Assembly: GCA_010093815.1 (NCBI GenBank)
Contig: ML996573.1
Reading direction: 5' to 3' (one strand)
DNA from: Pseudovirgaria hyperparasitica
Lineage: Eukaryota
Length of the DNA stretch: 64,000 nt
Position 1 is the first letter of the stretch, and the number at the start of each line of letters is the position of its first letter. Under the pieces are notes generated by a model. The model was not told the DNA's origin, searched no databases, and saw only the letters and a program-made list of their open reading frames with translations. Below, piece by piece: positions 59,987-64,000 of this stretch. A program made the position numbers and the translations under genes.

Positions 59987-61886
59987 CTACAATGCAGGCA
60001 CTACAATATCCAACAGTGGCGCATGCTGCTGAGTGCCTAACGTATCCCTCTCCCCCACACTTCCCTGTGCCCATGGCCGCTTTAGGGTACACTTCCACGC
60101 CAGTGCCGGTTCGAAGTACATATTCGTAATAATGTGCTCGTCTTTGACTTGATATAGATCTCTGATGACACTGTTCGTCAATACGTCTGCTCTACGCACT
60201 CGCTCGAAGGCTTCACGTTGGTCGAACATGATGTCCAGAGTAAGCTCGAACGGTCCACTGTTTTTAGATCGAATGATTTTGGCGATCTGCTTCATCGGAG
60301 CTGCGATCTTGGGTACAGAAATCTTTGCTAGGAGTCGTTAGCAGATAGAAAACAGAATACCTGCTAAATGACGTACACATTGCTACAGGTTTTGTGGTTT
60401 TGAAAACGAGTAGTTCATCATTCGTCAACCACGTTGGTTCAGGCTTCGCTTTCCCTTCAGACTTGACCTCATGCAACGATATAGGAAACAAGCTAATCTG
60501 CTCATTCTCTGATAAATCAATAAGATGATATATGTTGAATTTGAACACTCCACCAGCGGCCTGTTCGTGGGGTGATAGCGGAGAGGCAAAGTTACCGGTT
60601 GTCGCAAGTTGTCCCTCGTAGGGCATATGCAACAGTGATGTTCGTACGTTGTTGGCGATTGCGTGCGATCGCTCTTGTGTTTCAGCAACAACTTCGCCCA
60701 TGATACCAAGCTCGTGAACATCTGGAGTGCATTGCTTCTCGAGCGGACCCATAACTGCGTTCTTTCCGTACACGTGATAGATGAGGCGGCATTTTTCGGA
60801 TGTATCAAGCTCAGGAAATAAGCCTTTCGAGTAGTCTCTGACTTTTTCTAGGTAGTCATCGATCTGACTGATCAAGATGGGATCCCGAACTCCGCCGATG
60901 AAAATCGTACGATAACCCAGTTGGCGAACTCCTTCGAGCTTTATTTGATAGACAGGAGTGGGTACGAAGCGAGATCCCGAGACCCGGATGGTTCTATCGT
61001 CTTCAAGTTGCATGTAGCTAGCGTTGTCCAATATGAGAGCGCCACCTGGACCAGGTAGTCTATCTGGTCTTGTCTTTTCATATAGAGAATGCGCCGCTAC
61101 GGATAGAGGAGTGCACCGCTCCAATGGAGACAAGGGTATCAGCTCGAAGGAGGATTTACTCATCTTTGCTATCATGGACCGACCTTTTGGTACTGCACAG
61201 ATTCCACCGCATTCTAGAATCTTGCCCATGTGCCATGCAACAGGAGCCTCAATACCATTGTTCATGCAGAAGGCAGCGAAAGGGGCAGGATCATATGCCC
61301 GTCCAGATATAATGATGTCGGGACTAAGCTTTAGGGCTTCCATAAAACTTCGAGAGGTCAGCAGGTTCTCGGCCGCTCAGCTGTGTGATTTTGACGCTTA
61401 CGGCTCGGCTCCCATCTGCGCAACGATCTCTACGGCTGCATCGACTTCATCCGTTGTCAAGTCCTCTACCGGGCCGCATGGAGAGCATTTTCCATCCGTG
61501 ATCCTCTGTTTGATAAAAGATCGCGATATCTCTTGCTTGATTGTTGCAATCCGAAGAGAAAAGTTGTTCGCAACAAGAATCTCCTTAACAATGCCAAGAA
61601 GTTCGTCAACATGACTGTTACTGCCATCTCCTCCAGCGGAACTGATCAAGACCTGGATCTTTCGATAATAGCAAGCTTCGAGTATTGGCGTCAAGTCCCG
61701 TACGTATGCATCTCTTCCGCATGTCATCCTATTCATCCCCAACTTGTACGGTCCACCATCCGTCGAGCCTGAGTCCACGATGATAGCGTGAGGTGAGTAT
61801 GTATCAACGCCATACCAAAAATGATCACGACGATAGCCGTAGCCAAGCATAGCATTGGGAGTTAAGATGTTGATTGTTGACGCCAT
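59987..61886 (-). CDS. AtuA-like (DUF1446) + DUF4387 fusion protein, putative organic-acid catabolic enzyme; 3 exons (introns 61348-61401, 60328-60376)
   Basis: ILTPNAMLGYGY, DSGSTDGGPYKLG, ISSAGGDG, IVAQMGAEP|F, IISGRAYDPA, WHMGKILECG, AHSLYEK; C-terminal AKIIRSKNSGPFELTLDIMF...GERDTLGTQQHAPLL. Confidence 0.88.
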
Positions 61887-63472
61887 TGTTAGTGATACGA
61901 TTTGGTCTAGACGCAGTCATGCGATGTCTCCCCTTTTAACCATGTTCCCAACACTGCCTTGCCCATTTTGATACTGACTATCAGAAAGCTCTGCTCCTGT
62001 AACGGATGAGATTCCGGTATGCTGTCAGAGGCGATCCGGAACCGGACGCCGGGTCAAAGATGTGTGGGTCAGGAATGCTGAGAAGCTAGCATCGGCATCT
62101 TGCCGATCTGGTAATATCGAGTCTCTCGCAGGTGCGCTCACGAGGTGCCTGAGGCTAAGATCATAGCTATTACATAATCGAACATTGTTCTACTAGGGAT
62201 GTGAATCGACGCTGGCTGCTTGGACGTCAAGATTTGAACTCCGATAAGCGTATTAGAGGAATGGTCACGAATAGTCTATTACGAGAGGTAGCTTTTAAAT
62301 GTCTATAATTGCAGAACGTTAGCAGAGGATGCGTCCTATTCAGGATAAAACGCTCTATACAGCCTTTCATACCAGCGGGTGCAACACAAGATATCTGGTT
62401 TTGGTGAGATTGGCCGTGTCCAATATATTCCTGGTCACTATAGGGCCCATATAGCCCTGACACATTGTGGTGATATCGGACGTAAGCATGATTATCTGAT
62501 AAGGAAGTCATTGATGCCGTTCGCATATTTGCTTGTTGACTCTCAGTGACGAGTGCTGCAGTCGAAATTTACGATCAGTGTGGTGCCCGCGCGCGAAACG
62601 ACACTTGCATGTCGGAGAACGGGCTGATCAATCGATTCGCTCTTCGCCCAGCTCTCAATCCAGGACTTTGATAGCTGCTGACTAGTGACCGCAGTGAAAC
62701 CATGAATGCTAAGAATACGGTGAGGCTAGGAGGCGAAAAGGTGATGTCTCGAAGTTGATCAACGCAGGTCGCAAGTAGACGATGTCAAGTTAATGACTTC
62801 GCGTCGTCGTCCCTTGGTTAAGCGAGGGACCCAAGTGGGCACGGGCCATGCGCTTATCCAGTTTGACGCTCATTCTTTCATTATGCATAGCTTCGTCCTC
62901 GATTTCTTGACATCTCCAATCTCTTCGAATCTCGTATTTTACGCGCGATATATTGTGTTCCTGATGAGAAACGTTCATATCAGCAGTTCTGTCCCCGTGA
63001 TCGAAACTATAGTGAGCTAAGCCTGCTCGCTAAGATAGCGAAAGCTCGGTATGATGCCGCCGCGTCAAATGCACTATGCGAACATCCAACGTGCTCCACA
63101 ACCCGCTGAACTATTAGTGTCACACTATAGAAGTTTACTCCACTCGAGCTCGGCGAATTCAGTATAGATGCGCGTATTTGTGATGCGAGCCGCTACCGGC
63201 ATCCGGTTTAGTAAGTCCGTATAAAAATGCGAGCAAGTCACGGCGTAGAATGCCGTTGGAATACGCGTGGTACTTAATACATGAACTGACTATGTCAATG
63301 ACCTGTTAAATGATGATATGGTAGCCTCCCGTCCAAGGTCACTGAATCCTCATCACGCCCAGCAGCTCAATCAGATTGCGCCCGCTACAGCTTTGCAAAA
63401 ATCGCTAGCATACTCGACAGCCCAGCAACCGGTACTTGTCACAAGATCCTCGGTTCAGCCACCAGTACCACG

Positions 63473-64000
63473 ATGGACATCAAGACCGATCCAGCCGTCC
63501 AAATCCCTGACCTTGCCCAATCCAAGGATACAGACCCAGTGACGAAAGACATTGAAGCGAAAGCAACCCATATCAACGGTCTCGATCTCCTAAACGCTAC
63601 GCCCCAAGAACTCCGCCGTGTTATCAGGAAGCTAGACTTTTACCTTCTCCCATTGTTCTTCATCCTGTATACGTTCTCTGTACTTGACCGCTCAAATCTC
63701 GGAAACGCTCGTCTTGTCGGTCTTCCTGAGGACATTGATGTCTCTGGCAATCGCTATGAATGGCTTGGAAACACATTCTATATTGCGTATATTGTGTTTC
63801 AATTCAATGTGCTGGGATGGAAGATCTTCAAAGCACATAAGTGGGTAGCGTTTGTTGTTGCGTTCTGGGGCATTGCGAGCACGCTTCAGGCTGCGTGCTT
63901 CGGATATGGTGCGCTGGTGGTGTGTCGTTTCTTTCTGGGGTGGGCGGAGACTATGTTTGGGCCGGGCGTGAGTTTGTATTTCAGCTACTTCTGGCCGAGA
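63473..64000 (+). CDS. MFS transporter, anion:cation symporter (Dal5/Tna1-like) family; truncated by the window end
   Basis: Not in the ORF track because it has no stop in the window. Translates MDIKTDP...RRVIRKLDFYLLPLFFILYTFSVLDRSNLGNARLVGL...CRFFLGWAETMFGPG. Confidence 0.92.
   Translation, partial: MDIKTDPAVQIPDLAQSKDTDPVTKDIEAKATHINGLDLLNATPQELRRVIRKLDFYLLPLFFILYTFSVLDRSNLGNARLVGLPEDIDVSGNRYEWLGNTFYIAYIVFQFNVLGWKIFKAHKWVAFVVAFWGIASTLQAACFGYGALVVCRFFLGWAETMFGPGVSLYFSYFWPR

Noticed and set aside
62077..62122. TPP-riboswitch look-alike (GCTGAGA...GATCTGGTAAT)
   Set aside because: No P5 partner (CCAG) or following GCG/AGGGA segment; not in an evident intron of a thiamine gene.

Overview
Eukaryotic, intron-rich DNA from a filamentous ascomycete (Pezizomycotina). 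Introns are mostly GT-AG, 45-66 nt, with CTRAY branch points, so the supplied ORF track fragments most genes; I re-spliced them by eye. Conserved housekeeping blocks: SLA2(-), SLU7(-) and REV3(+) at 0.4-11.2 kb; PLP2(-) and SEC21(+) at 50.6-55.4 kb; a Yap/Fcr3-type bZIP at 46.6-47.7 kb. Accessory genes between them: an NLR-like NACHT protein, a fungal GST, a TmpL/NPS12-like adenylation + ferric-reductase fusion (degenerate A domain, apparent frameshift), a receptor-like membrane glycoprotein, a Cys-rich GPI protein, a P450, several small orphans, a CBM9-like protein, and an AtuA-like/DUF4387 fusion divergently paired with a Dal5/Tna1-type MFS transporter that runs off the window end. Main leads: the split TmpL-like gene, an enlarged structured intron in PLP2 (possible intronic ncRNA), the enzyme-transporter pair, an orphan with tandem CCHC knuckles, a secreted internally duplicated peptide precursor, and a decayed tRNA-like element. 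I saw no CRISPR array, rRNA or intact transposon. All calls come from motif reading and recall; no database search was run.
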